Shown here: piece by piece, positions 22,405 through 34,092 of the stretch | How the letters are laid out: every line of letters begins with the position of its first letter | Numbering within the stretch: the stretch's first letter is position 1 | From: Trichodelitschia bisporula | Taxonomy: Eukaryota | Assembly (NCBI GenBank): GCA_010356995.1 | Contig: ML996689.1 | Location: 124,001-168,282, forward strand | DNA: 44,282 nucleotides | Direction: 5' to 3' | The notes under the pieces: model-generated | Told to the model about the DNA's origin: nothing | The model's database searches: none | The model's input: the letters and a program-made list of their open reading frames with translations, nothing else | Translations under genes and position numbers: made by a program

Positions 22405-23050
22405 ATGCCCATCCCATCAAGAAGCATTAACGAAACCTCCACTACCGCATTCACCTCTTCCTCTTCGAACCCAACTACCTCAACCAATCCCTTCCAAATA
22501 ACGCCGGGCGAGCATCGAATTCATGCACCCACCCTGGTTGGCGATGAAGACGGGCCCTCAATCCGCGGGGCCCGCCGTGTGCTCGACGAAATTACCGATG
22601 ATGCGGGCGAGGAGGAGTTGCTGCCGCCTGCGAAAGCGAGGCGGTTGACAGATCGCGAGCCACTAGAGGGGCCAGTGGAGGGGCCGGCAACTCTAGAAGA
22701 CGATGAGGAAGTGGGGTACCTTCCTGTAGTGTAGAGGCGCCTTGGTGGTAGAGTAGGCTGATGCCGTGATTTGAGCTGAAAGGACACGATCTCTACTACC
22801 ATACTATCAAGCGACGTCGCCTGGTATGTCGGAGAACAACCATCTCTTCCTTGTATCCACGAGCCATTTGTCTCACTGCTCAATGGCCTTGATGTTGATA
22901 TGTCCGAGCCGTGACATGTTTCTTCAGATTCATTGCCTCGATGGAGTTTGGGCGGCTTGCTCGCGGCCACACCGCGCCGTCGCGGCTGCTGAGGCAAGGT
23001 TACCTGACATACGCCGTTTATCGGTGAATGATGGATCCCAGAGTAGATGA
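22405..23050 (+). CDS. Hypothetical small protein (~158 aa, 3 predicted exons)
   Basis: Exons 22405-22710, 22776-22823 and 22928-23050 splice in frame. Intron 2 is canonical (GTATGT..TTCAG); intron 1 is weak (GTGGGG..CTGAT..TGAG). No family recognised. Confidence 0.4.
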
Positions 23051-23750
23051 ATGAAGCTCGGCGTAGGGTGTGACGACGCTTGCCTCTGCAAGCTAGTGCG
23101 ACTCGACGGGCAAGAAGGCGGTTCGAAGTGCGACGACATGCGCAACCTATGTAAAAATGAATGTATTAACCCTTCTGATGATGGTGAAGCGCACTGAGTT
23201 CTAGCAGCACTGGAATCTATGGCTAAAAAGCTGGAGGCTGTCGGTCGGGGCGATAGCTTCACCTGGAGAGTGTCGAGGTCGGCGACACTGGGCGGAAGCA
23301 CCCGGTAATACGGTTACGTCAATCGATGGGTACCATTACTTGAAGCGGATATAACCTTAGAAGGATGGCTACAAAGACACCGTGTCATTGCCTTTCACAG
23401 GCCCACGTTGTGGCTCTCAGTCTCTCCAACGCACACATTATCAGCCAAAAGCTTCGTGCATCTCCCCCCTCTCCCCCGCGAAGAACGTTGGCCTCTCGCC
23501 CTACTTGACCTTTCCGAACCAACTTCGATTTGGCCCAAGCTCCTGCAGCTCCCCAGCTACTACCCCAGACAGGCCTAGCGCAACTGCCACCGTCCACCCG
23601 CACGCCTGGCTGTTGTTTGGATCGGGCGTCAGAGGCTTCGATCTTGTGTTCGTGGTTAGCCTCTCGCCCTTCAAACTTAGGTTGTATTTTCCTCCAAAAC
23701 ACTACGTAAACCGCTCTCATCCCTATTCCATCTCCGATTGCGACAACACC

Positions 23751-25427
23751 ATGGCTCAAAATGCGCCTCAAGGCGAAGCCTCTGGGTACTACCAGGGTGC
23801 TCCTCAGCAGGGGGGCTACGAACAGTCCAAGTACGGCGAACAACCTAACTACGCGCCGCAATACCAGCAACAACCGCCACAGTATGGCCAGACGTACGCG
23901 CCGGATGGCTACAGTCATGGAGGCGAGAAGCAAGACTTCGCCGAAGCCTTCAAGATCCAGAAGCCAAAATGGAACGACTGGTGGGCTGGAGCGCTGGTAA
24001 ATGCCTGCTCGAAGGAGCTATGAAACCAAGTTGCTAATGAGTTGTCGCAGTTCCTTGCCTGCGTAGCGGGCTTTGCCGCAGTGTCGGGCATCGCGATTAG
24101 TGCCTATGACAGCCACAAGAGCTCCAATGGTAACGGCATCTACGACGGGAGCAACGATTTCGGCCTGTCGACCAACACAATCATCCTGTTCGCGTTCTGC
24201 CTTGCTTCCGCGCTTGTTCTCAGCTATGCCTACGTGTGGGTCGCGCGCGTCTTCCCGAAGCAGTTCATCTGGATAACAGGCATTCTGAATATTCTCTTTG
24301 GGCTCGTTACTGCCATCTACATGCTGTCGCGCCGGTACTACTCTGGCGGCATCGTATTCCTACTGTTCTCCATCTTCGCCATCATCTGCTTCGTCAGCTG
24401 GATTCCACGCATCCCCTTCAGCGCACTGATGCTCCAGACCAGCATCGATGTCTCGAAGAACTATGGTCACGTCTACCTCGTCAGCTTTCTGGGTGGCCTT
24501 GCGGCGACGGCGTTCGCAGCGTGGTACTCTGTCACCCTGGTCGCCATCTACGTCAAGTATGAGCCGGGGAATAACCCGTCGTGCCCGAATGGAGGCTGCT
24601 CAAGCGGCAAAGTGATCGGGCTGCTGGTCTTTGTGACGTTTGCTGCCTACTGGATCTCCGAGTGGCTGAAGAATACCGTGCATACCACTATCTCTGGTGT
24701 CTACGGCTCGTGGTACTTCTGCTCGCACAACTTCCCTCGCGGCGCCACGCGCGGTGCATTCAAGCGCTCCGTCACGTACAGCTTTGGCAGCATCAGCCTC
24801 GGCAGCCTCGTCGTCGCGATTATCAACTGTCTACGGCAGGCCTGCTCCATCGCACAGCAGCAGGAAGGGGCCTCTGGTAATATCGTGGGCTACATTCTGT
24901 TCTGCGTGCTTGGCTGCCTCATCTCGATCCTCGACTGGGCGGTACAGTTCATTAACCGCTACGCTTTCTCGCACATTGCGCTCTACGGCAAGTCGTACTT
25001 TTCAGCTGCCAAGGACACCTGGAAGTAAGTTTCTCATCAGTCATGCATTGTGTCCGTCTATTGACATTCCAGGATGATCAAGGATCGCGGAATCGACGCG
25101 CTCGTTAACGAATGTCTCATTGGCCCCGTCCTGACTATGGGTGCTACCTTTGTCGGCTTTGCGACCGCTTTCCTCGCGTACCTCTACCTCGTCTTCACGG
25201 ACCCCGCATACAATAAAGGCGACAAGTACACACCCGTCGTGGTTGCCTTCGCCTTCTTGATTGGGCTGCAAATCTGCCAGATCTTCACGACACCCATCTC
25301 CAGCGGCATTGACACAATCTTCGTCGCGTCGGCGTGGGATCCCGAGGTTCTCATGCGCGACCATCCGGATCTGTATGCGAGGATGGTGTCAGTCTATCCG
25401 CATGTGCAGCAGGCCATACACGCGTGA
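23751..25427 (+). CDS. PNS1: Pns1 / choline transporter-like (CTL) membrane protein
   Basis: Q/Y-rich N-terminus, FKIQKPKWNDWWAG, WIPRIPFS, SFGSISLGSL, FINRYAFSHIALYGK.Y..AAKDTW, DRGIDAL.N. Introns 23997-24050 and 25025-25072. Confidence 0.93.
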
Positions 25428-26229
25428 TTGGGAGGAACCGAGGGAGGCAGAGCTGCATCTGCACGGACCTCTCGGTACGGTACTCGGGGGCTGCAGGAAC
25501 GTAGGTGCAATACGGCGGCGTTTAATCCTTGTAACAGTGATTATGGGTAAAAATGCTCCTGGGGGGATAGTGTCTATTGTAATATCAACATAGAGGCCGG
25601 ACGGGGTATCGGGAGCATTATTCGCGTTCAGTATGCACACTCTGCACTCTGAAGCATTGAAGTGCTGCGCTACGTCCCTCTAATTACTGTTTGTGCGCTT
25701 GAGCGCGATAGCTTCCGCAGTGGATCTCCAAAGCCCGTCCGCTTCTCGAGAGTGGGGACTGGAGACCGGGCCGGCTTCGAAGCTAGCTTCACTGCACCCC
25801 TTGCAATGACGTAGTACATGGTGAGGGCCTCCAAAGCTTCATGAAATGTGCATTTGCCTCAGATAATGGTGATGCGAACCGCCCAGAGCTCGTGCTCAAA
25901 AGAAGCAGCCACTACACGGCGGTCTGACGTCTTACAAGGCCCCCACTGCGGCGCCGCTCTTTCCTCGCTGGCATCGCACGGTCCCCACTTGCCCCGCGCG
26001 CCATTTTGCATGAGAAGTCACGACGGGGGGTGTGGGGCGCGACTCCTGCCACCGTGACTGCGCGATTGAGGGTCGATGGGGTGCTCTTCTCCCAAGACTG
26101 CGGCCCGTGGTGAGCTGGCAGACCCGTTCTTGCTTTTTGTAGTGGAAAAATGTGAGAGGCGTGTGAGGAAGGCGCGGGGTGGAGAGTGTTTCCTTCCCTG
26201 CCGGAGATTCGTGGCCCCGAGCCTGTGAC

Positions 26230-26263
26230 GCGGGGTGGTGGGGTGGTGGGGGTGGGGTATAAA
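26230..26263 (+). promoter_or_regulatory. TATA box (TATAAA 26258-26263) directly preceded by a G-tract cluster (four SYGGRG CreA/Mig1-type sites; G4-capable)
   Basis: gcGGGGtggtGGGGtggtGGGGGtGGGGtataaa, followed by a CT-rich leader typical of a fungal TSS region. Confidence 0.6.
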
Positions 26264-26394
26264 GCTGTGGAATCCAAAGCTTTTCAACTTCTTCTCCTCA
26301 ACAACCTCATTCTCAACTTCGCTCTTCCACAGCAACTCTCTTGCCTTTCCTCTATTTGCGTGTGTTCCTTGTTACGAACGTTGAAGCAAGTTTT

Positions 26395-26552
26395 GTGAGT
26401 CTGCTTCGTTATCTTCTCCTTTGGCGGTGTGCTAACGGGAGCTTAGCTGCCTCCCGCACAGTTCCTGTCTGCCATCCATTTGACGCCAGATCATCAGATC
26501 CAGCTCGTAAGTTTTGGTTGCTCCTCAGTCGGGCATGTGCTAATCGACTCAG
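26395..26552 (+). other. Two predicted 5'-UTR introns of the M1PDH gene (26395-26446 and 26507-26552)
   Basis: GTGAGT..GCTAAC..TTAG (52 nt) and GTAAGT..GCTAAT..TCAG (46 nt), both between the TATA box and ATG 26565. Confidence 0.75.
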
Positions 26553-26564
26553 CTCGACGTAAAG

Positions 26565-27776
26565 ATGTCGTTTGAAAGGACTGCAGTTCACTTTGGCGGC
26601 GGCAACATTGGCCGGTAAGTTGCTTGTCATGACGCCCTGCCACACTGACATCGCGCTAGTGGCTTCGTTGCGCAGCTGCTGAACGAATCCAAGTATGAAG
26701 TGATCTTTGTGGATGTCATGGATTCGATTATCAACAAACTCCAAGCAACTCCCACGTACACCGTGACGGAAGTTGGTGATGACGGCGAGCGTACATTCAC
26801 GATCGACCACTATCGCGCCATCAACTCCAAGTTCGACGAAGCCAAGGTGATCGAGGAGATTTCCAGGGCAGACACTGTCACTTGCGCTGTTGGCCCCAAC
26901 ATCCTCAAGTTCATCGCCGCTGTCATCGCCAAGGGCATTGAGGCTCGCAAGCTGGACTATCCGCTTGCTGTCATCGCGTGCGAGAACATGATCGGCGCCA
27001 CCGACGCTCTCAAGGGCTTCATTGACACCCACCTCAGCGAATCCACCAAGTCGTCCCTCGATACCAAGGCTCGGTTCGCCAACTCTGCCATCGATCGCAT
27101 CGTTCCCAATCAGGCTCCCGATGCTGGCCTCGATGTCAAGATTGAGAAGTTCTTTGAGTGGTGTGTCGAGCTCCCTCCCTTCAAGGGCGGCAAGAAGCCC
27201 GAGATCAAAGGTGTCCACTTCGTGGATGATCTCACGCCCTACATCGAGCGCAAGCTCTTCACGGTGAACACCTCGCACGCCACCGCGGCCTATGTGGGCA
27301 AGGCTCGCGGGAAGAAGTTCATTCATGAGGCCATGCAAGATGAGGAGATCAACAAAATCGTTCGCTCGGCGCTGAAGAACACCGCGAACCTCATCGTCAC
27401 CAAGCACGGTATCTCCGAGGCGGAGCAGGATGAATACGTTGAGAAGATTATCAAGCGTATCTCGAACCCCGCCCTGGAGGACATCGTGGAGCGTGTCGGC
27501 CGCGCGCCTCTGCGAAAGCTCTCTCGCAAGGAGCGTTTCGTCGGGCCGGCGGCCGAGCTGGCGGAGAAGGGGCTCGACTACCAGGGGCTCCTTGTCCCTA
27601 TCGACGCCGCCTTTAGGTTCACCGATGTCGAGGGGGATGATGAATCTGCCAAGCTCGCCACGATCCTCAAGGAGAAGTCCTCGAAGGAGGTCGTGCAGGA
27701 GGTTTGCGGCCTGGCACCCGACCATCCGCTCTTCGGTGACATCGTGGAGATTGTGGAGAAGGTCCAGAAGAAGTAG
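26565..27776 (+). CDS. mpdA: Mannitol-1-phosphate 5-dehydrogenase
   Basis: [13 protein letters not shown] (intron 26615-26659, 45 nt), [58 protein letters not shown]. Confidence 0.96.
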
Positions 27777-28442
27777 ACCTAGGGCTCACCCTCTCGAGTG
27801 AGTGAAGATAGATGAAAAATTCATGTGACCTAACTTGTCGTACCGTGATGTGCCCCGCTTGATGTGACGCAGTAGTCCGTTGTGCTTCGGCGATTTACCT
27901 TGACGTGAGCTGCCGGCTTGTGATACCTGCACAAACGGCATGTTTTATCAGCCTTTGCGACTGGTGGGCGGGGTCAACCTCACTTAGAGTTGGTCATTCT
28001 TTCGCGTGCTGTAGTCACCCGATGAGGCTATCGTAGATGAACCTGAGCGACGTTGCTATCGCTAGAGTGACTGGCAAGCGATCTTCTAAAGCCGTATCCC
28101 CACTCAGCTCAAGGAGAGCGCAGCAATGGCGATGCTTCCACAGCCGGCAGCATACAGAGCCGTGTGGAGCTTCACGGACAATGGTAACAGCTGGAGCGCA
28201 ACACGCCGCAGACACCTTTTGAAAGAGAACCGTAGGTAGGACATGATTATCTGCGACAATGTACCGCCGCCATCACACAGTACGAGACAAGGCCGCAGAA
28301 AACAGTTTCCAGGCTCCTCTTGCCGGACGGAAGAACACCCCCAATGATCCCTAATGATACACACGCACGCACATACACACAGCAACAAGCGCTAAATCCA
28401 TCCGCGTCACACGCCGAGTAAACAACGCCCGGAAGTCCTTCG

Positions 28443-29478
28443 CTAAGAAATGAAACACAGACACCCGAGACTGATGTAGAACACGAGCAGCGGGTAGACG
28501 GCGATGCCGACGCGGTTGCGCACCACGCCTGACCCGCCTAAAATGCTGATGCCTGCTGCGAGCGACCAGGCTACCAGGGCGATGTAGACGGGGATGCGCG
28601 GGATCATGGGGAGACCGAGGCTGCTGAGGAGGGAGGCGATGACGAGGGGGAAGAGGGTGTAGCCGATGATGCAGACGGATTGGAAGAAGGAGCTGCGAGC
28701 GTTAGTGCGGAGAGGGTTTGAGGGGGAGAGTAGCGTACATGCTTCCACCCAGCAGCTTGATCTGCATAGTTACGACGGCCTCGCCAATCCACACGATGGC
28801 GAATACCCCGCTAAATACGGCTGCGCGCTGGTCGTTGCGCGCGCTGCGGGACAGGAGGAAGCTAAGCAGTAGCGAGAACAGCAGCGGGCCCCTGAGACCA
28901 TTAGCATCGCTCACTCCCATAACCGCAGGAAAAACATACCACAAGTCCCAATCCCTCAACCCCTCACTCATCCCCCCATCCAGCACCTCAGGCCACCTCC
29001 CCAACGCCCCCCTCACAGCCCCCATACTCAACACCGGCCCCGATCCCGCGCTCTCCTCATCCCCGCTCCCTCCACGCGCCAGTATCCCGCCCATGAGGTG
29101 CTTCGGCCACAGTACATGGTGCATTTTCTCCCACACCGCGCGCAGATCGCGCGACAATGTCGCCCACACCGATTCATCGATTGTGTTCGTCGGCGCGCGC
29201 CGGTCTTCGCCCGGGATGCGCGACGAGAGGTAGTTCTGCGTGGAGGACGCGGTGCCGCCGCTGCGGGTGCTGCTGCTCGGTTGGGCGGGATTGAGGGGGG
29301 CGCGGTCGGAGGTCGGGCCTAGGGGGTCGTCGAGGTCGGAGAGGGAGGCTGTGGGTTGGGTTTAGCTGGGTGGTGTTGGAGGGGACGGGGGCTTACCATC
29401 GTCTGGGTCGACGAGGTCGGATTCTATGCGTGTGCCGGTGTCGTAGGACGGCTGGCTGGGTTGGTAGCGGCCGGCCAT
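28443..29478 (-). CDS. Yip1-domain Golgi/ER membrane protein (Yip4/YIPF6-like)
   Basis: NTIDESVWATLSRDL, LRDWDLWGPLLF, IKLLGG.ISFFQSVCIIGYTLFP, VYPL. Exons 29478-29397, 29348-28940, 28891-28739, 28692-28443. Confidence 0.9.
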
Positions 29479-30447
29479 GGCTGCGAGAGTTGAGTGGATG
29501 GGGTGGTGTTGTGGGGGAGCGTTGCGGTGCGGAGGACGCGGCGGCCTGCTGGCGGAGCTTGGGAGAGGTGTTAGGTTGCGTTGCGGGCTGGGATGCGGGT
29601 GAGGGTTTTTCCGGGCCGAGGGGTGAGACTGCGGTGATGTACGGTTGGCGGAGATGGGTTGGATAGGATTGGAGCTTTGTAATGGCCGGTGAATTGCTTC
29701 GAAGCTGATGTTGCCAGACCTTTTATTTAGAGCTGGTTATTACTCGAGACTTCATTCACTCTACAGTTGCAAGAATTGCAAGGCACCTCGGAGTGCGCTC
29801 TAATACCACCAAGCATTCATTCGTGCAGAGTATCTTACTTTGTTTGAAGTCCAGCAAAGTCGTTTCTCGTTTCTCGCGTCTTGAAGTTGTGAGGCTCAGT
29901 ATATGCACGTAGAACCTGTCTGAACCTCGCTGATTGAAAGCTCTGAATTACAGTGAATCCCCGCACCGGTTCATTGCCTCTCTGTGCGTTATGATGTCGA
30001 GATGGTCTAGGGTGACCTTGCGTCAAGATGGTGATTCGACCCGCTCGCTCCAGTTGATGGACGCTCAAGCTTCTCCGGCTACGTCAAAGTATCTCCCCGG
30101 GATCCTCAAATCGGATGGCTCTAAGCTCCCCTTCGTTGCGGCACAGCATGCACGTCACGGCTAATCGCGTCTCTCGCTACATGCACTTCGATGCTTGCGG
30201 ATATGCACATAGCGTCCCGATTATGCTGTTCCAGGTGGTTATACAGCCCGTTTGCTATCTTTTGCGGGTATCCGAGCAAGAGCTCCGATTGCTTCGGTTT
30301 TGACTTCAACTTTTCTAGGACCATTTTCATTCCATCTGCACCGCCTGCTCCCTCTTTTTCATCATCATCATCATCTCTCTCCCGTTCCTCCACTCAGCAC
30401 ATCGTTAAGATCTGTTTCTCATTCATGTCGGAATAGCTTCCTGCTCC

Positions 30448-32481
30448 ATGTCTGGTCCAGCGTCTGGCTCATTGGACTGTGAGCTGTATAGGCCTCATGT
30501 CCCGCGGTTCATCCACCAGAATTTCTCCCCACCACTGCGATTGAAGGGGAAAAAGAAACAGAAGCGGGGTTCCAAACTCGGGCTTTTCGTCAATGCAGTC
30601 TCTTTTGGAGGCGAAGCAGTTGATCCGCGCCTGGAACGACATCGGCATTCCGTAGCAACAGACGCACCACCGGATTCGTTTTACGGAGATGCTCTTCGTA
30701 TACTCCTCAGCATCGAAACAGAAGTTGCAGAAATCCTTGGAAGTGTAAAGGACGCCGCCGAGCAAGGGGAAAATGTCCTCTTGACTCGCGACCAGGTGGA
30801 TCAAGTGCGGAAGTTTGTTATCCTCCAGAAATACTGGGGGGAAAACTATTCGGTTTTCGATCAATATCCCATTATGGGACGCGAGACCGAAGGCTACTTC
30901 CTGGACAGCCCGATGGAGTACGCCCGGATCAAGGAGTTGAAGAATCCCGCACACTTCTGGTCTCACAATATCAAGACTTTTGCCAAAATCCACATCGACA
31001 CTGAGGGCCAATGGGAAGAAGCATTGAGGTCCCAAATGTATCGCCCCCATGCCGAATGGTTCATCAGGCTCTTCACTGAAACCTTTCTTTCCTTTTGCAA
31101 ACCTTCGGTTGAGGACGATGAGTTTATTCTGACAAGAACTGCCTGTTGGACTAGCGAAGGCTCTATTGATTCACAAGACCACTGGTCGTACGCATACCAT
31201 CTCATGGTACCGATTTCTCCCAAATTGATGGTCGTTCTTCGCAGCAACTACCTTCCGGGTCCACGGGACGATCCGACACTTTGTCAAGTCAAAAGCCGAG
31301 TGCTGGACACGATGAGGCGGCCAAGGCAGACTGCAACTACTCTTGGGCCATATTCCGCGCTCCCGGATTTAGCGGTTGACAGGGCTGCAAGCTCCTTTGA
31401 AATATGGGTGGGTCAACGGAGGGTTGGGCGAGATGTCGCTTACCGAGGTGACAAAATCGCATTTGAGACCTTCCATATCCCGTCCCATCAGGTCCAAACC
31501 ATCAATAGCGTCATGTTGGAGAAGGTGGACGAATCCCTGTACTACGTCTCACAACCTGCTCTCCTTAGAGCATTGGACTTCTACCTCTCCCTTCCATGCA
31601 CTGCAGAGAGTCCCTTCAAAAGGCTGGCCCGCTTTATGCGGCCCATGCTCACAAAATTGAGGAAATTGCATCAAGTCGCGCGTCAACTCTCTTCCGAGGC
31701 AACTTTGGAATACGCCATTTATGTGGGAGACGAGTCTCTGCTTGGAATCGAAGAAAGTTCGAATTTGAAGGGGGCAGACTTCTTCCGAGAAGCACCGGAT
31801 GGCCCTAATGCGCGCTGGCTGAGGAAAGTGCGGGAGCCAGCGGATGACCACAAAACTGCGAATGGAGAGGAGCCAGCGGTCATTGAGGCACCTTCCTCCG
31901 AGGTCTCCAATGTTGCTCAGGCGAGCACTCGAGCAGCGACGCCGGAACCAGAGCGACCTCCACCAACGCAGTCAGCTCCGCCGGGCGAAACCGACGCCGA
32001 AAACCTTCGTGGTGCAACAGGTACTTCCACATTTGCCGAGAGCCAGAACGGCGACGCTACTGGGGTCCGGCGCTCAGAATCCAGTACCAACCGAATCATT
32101 CCGCCTCCAGAAGACAATACTGAGTCGGCCGCGAGGTTGGGGAATATCGAGGCAACCGTGACAAGCGGGCAAGGCGACAGAAACTCGGGTGCGGATGAGC
32201 CAGTGAGACAGGCTACTGACCCTGCGACGTCAGCAGCCCCTCACCGTGCTGACCTCACGGATCTGCAGAAGACCGTTTTGGAGATACACTTAGGGATGTT
32301 GAGTGCGGTATGGGTCATCATCCAAGCCATACCGTTCGTAACCCGGTGTGCATTCATCACACTTGATGTGTTGTTTTTTGTAGCTGCCAAACTCGTATGG
32401 CTCGGCTCGTGGCTCCTGTGGGGTTTTGCATGGATGATATTATTTGTGATCCTGCTTTTCCCACTGCTGTTGTCACGATGA
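30448..32481 (+). CDS. DUF4238-like protein with an acidic disordered linker and hydrophobic C-terminal tail
   Basis: Intronless 677-aa ORF. Segments HVPRFIHQNFS, VRKFVILQKY, FWSHNIK, LSFCKPS..DEFILT, PISPKLMVVLRSNYLP and VQTINSVMLE resemble fungal DUF4238 proteins (recalled, not searched). Last ~65 aa strongly hydrophobic. Confidence 0.7.
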   Translation: MSGPASGSLDCELYRPHVPRFIHQNFSPPLRLKGKKKQKRGSKLGLFVNAVSFGGEAVDPRLERHRHSVATDAPPDSFYGDALRILLSIETEVAEILGSVKDAAEQGENVLLTRDQVDQVRKFVILQKYWGENYSVFDQYPIMGRETEGYFLDSPMEYARIKELKNPAHFWSHNIKTFAKIHIDTEGQWEEALRSQMYRPHAEWFIRLFTETFLSFCKPSVEDDEFILTRTACWTSEGSIDSQDHWSYAYHLMVPISPKLMVVLRSNYLPGPRDDPTLCQVKSRVLDTMRRPRQTATTLGPYSALPDLAVDRAASSFEIWVGQRRVGRDVAYRGDKIAFETFHIPSHQVQTINSVMLEKVDESLYYVSQPALLRALDFYLSLPCTAESPFKRLARFMRPMLTKLRKLHQVARQLSSEATLEYAIYVGDESLLGIEESSNLKGADFFREAPDGPNARWLRKVREPADDHKTANGEEPAVIEAPSSEVSNVAQASTRAATPEPERPPPTQSAPPGETDAENLRGATGTSTFAESQNGDATGVRRSESSTNRIIPPPEDNTESAARLGNIEATVTSGQGDRNSGADEPVRQATDPATSAAPHRADLTDLQKTVLEIHLGMLSAVWVIIQAIPFVTRCAFITLDVLFFVAAKLVWLGSWLLWGFAWMILFVILLFPLLLSR

Positions 32482-32852
32482 TCGGTTTTCGGTACGTCCT
32501 CCCTGCTGTTGTGCATTTCGCGTGTCCAAGAGTTCAGTTGAATTCGCGACGAACTTGGCACGTCTTTGACTTGCTCTTCGTGTGACTGACACGAGCGGTC
32601 CTTTAGGGTATACATCATTTATGAGAATCTGCGCCAGTGAAGTACATTGAACCGAGCCTCGAACGAAGGGAACTATGGTTTATCGGCATTGGACATGTGG
32701 CGTCAACAAGTGTATCTTCAGACCTTCCCAATACTGTATGCTAGCGACAGCGTGATGAAAAAGTATCAAACATGTTGTATTGGTACATTCTGGGATGGAG
32801 AGGTCTCATGTGCTGTGACCGCGATCTATGAACCTGAAATCCGGACCATGCA

Positions 32853-33437
32853 CTACGCCCCAAGTTCCTCCTTGATGATTCTTGCGACCAGCGGTTTCTC
32901 AACAGGCTTTCCCTCTAGTACTCCACCAGGGCCAATGGCCCTCTTCATGACATCGCCAAGGGCCAGTTTCTTCCCCTCAGTGCGCAGGCTCTCAACGGTG
33001 GCCTTGACGGCATCTCGGATTTCCGTCTCGCCCATCGTCTTCACGCCGCTTGCATATTCTTCCAGAATGGCCAACTGCTCCTGCTCCTTGAACACAAGGT
33101 CCTTGCGGTCCGCCTCATAGAATTCCTGTACGGAGTTCTTGCCCGAAGCGATGCGCTTCTTGAGCAGTGCGAGCAGGTTCAGGTCGTCCTGAACGGGCGA
33201 CGCTGTCTTAGAGAGGTTTGTGATATCCGCTAGTACACCGCGCAGAACAGCGAGACGCACTTGGTCGCGAGCGCGCATTGCCGTCTTCAGGTCTTCGCGC
33301 AGCTTAGACAGCACGGGGGACGGCGCAGTCTCGGTGGAGTGGCAGCGCGGACATGTGGCGAGGCTAATGGGCAAGCGGTGCGGAAGCGGACGGGCAAGCA
33401 GGCGGAAGGCCAATCGACGGGATGCGGTTGGGACCAT
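32853..33437 (-). CDS. AIM41: Aim41 / YqeY-like mitochondrial protein
   Basis: Arg-rich, acid-free presequence from ATG 33437, then LREDLKTAMRARD..RL.VLR, EF..ADRKDL..KE.EQL.ILEEY and LGDVMK. Confidence 0.88.
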   Translation of the reverse strand: MVPTASRRLAFRLLARPLPHRLPISLATCPRCHSTETAPSPVLSKLREDLKTAMRARDQVRLAVLRGVLADITNLSKTASPVQDDLNLLALLKKRIASGKNSVQEFYEADRKDLVFKEQEQLAILEEYASGVKTMGETEIRDAVKATVESLRTEGKKLALGDVMKRAIGPGGVLEGKPVEKPLVARIIKEELGA

Positions 33438-34092
33438 AGCTACAGCTGACACTGAGGGATTCTAATATTTATGAGACAGGGTGGTCTGGAGCAATGATAT
33501 TGCAATTGGTGACTTACATTGTAGCTAGTGTGGGGAGGTAGTTCGTGGGGAAACGGCTCGGAGGTGTCGCCTTTTCCGACCAGGATAGTGCATGGGTCAA
33601 GCGAAAAAGTGATAGCACCCTTTCTGGTAAGTCTATGCTTCTTCGTCAGCTAAAGCTTTGGCAAAAAACGGCTATGACTTTTGGGGGAGTGCCATTACTT
33701 TTCCGCACGAGCCTTGGATGTTGGTGGATGCGATGCGATGGCTGATGGGCCCGAGCTTTGAGTTTTTGCGTGTTGACAGCTCGACGGCGCGTGGTCGTGA
33801 ACAACGAACAACCACCACACCCAGGAAATTCTGTCATCACTGCTTTTATTCTCATCTTTGGCGTGCCAGCTCACTCGCGCACCTTCACCTCACCCATTAA
33901 TACTGAGGCTGACCCAACACTTACACCCGCGCCTTGCTTCGACCTCCCTGCCTTCAAACCTCCCTCGAATGTATCACTTCGCGACTTCGCCTTAGCGACA
34001 CCAACCGCATCCACTGTCCCACACCCCATCCTCGTCTCCGACAACCTACTTCGGTCTTTCCGGCGGCTCTCGCAGCTTCCTGAAACCGCGCC

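Noticed and set aside
26409..27725. 438-aa minus-strand ORF
   Set aside because: Mirror-frame antisense ORF of the strongly codon-biased mpdA gene.
30121..30425. Protein-like minus-strand ORF (EERERDDDDDEKEG..), considered as a transposase or gene relic
   Set aside because: The acidic stretch derives from a (TCA)n microsatellite and CT-rich leader of the DUF4238 gene; no recognisable motif or terminal repeats.
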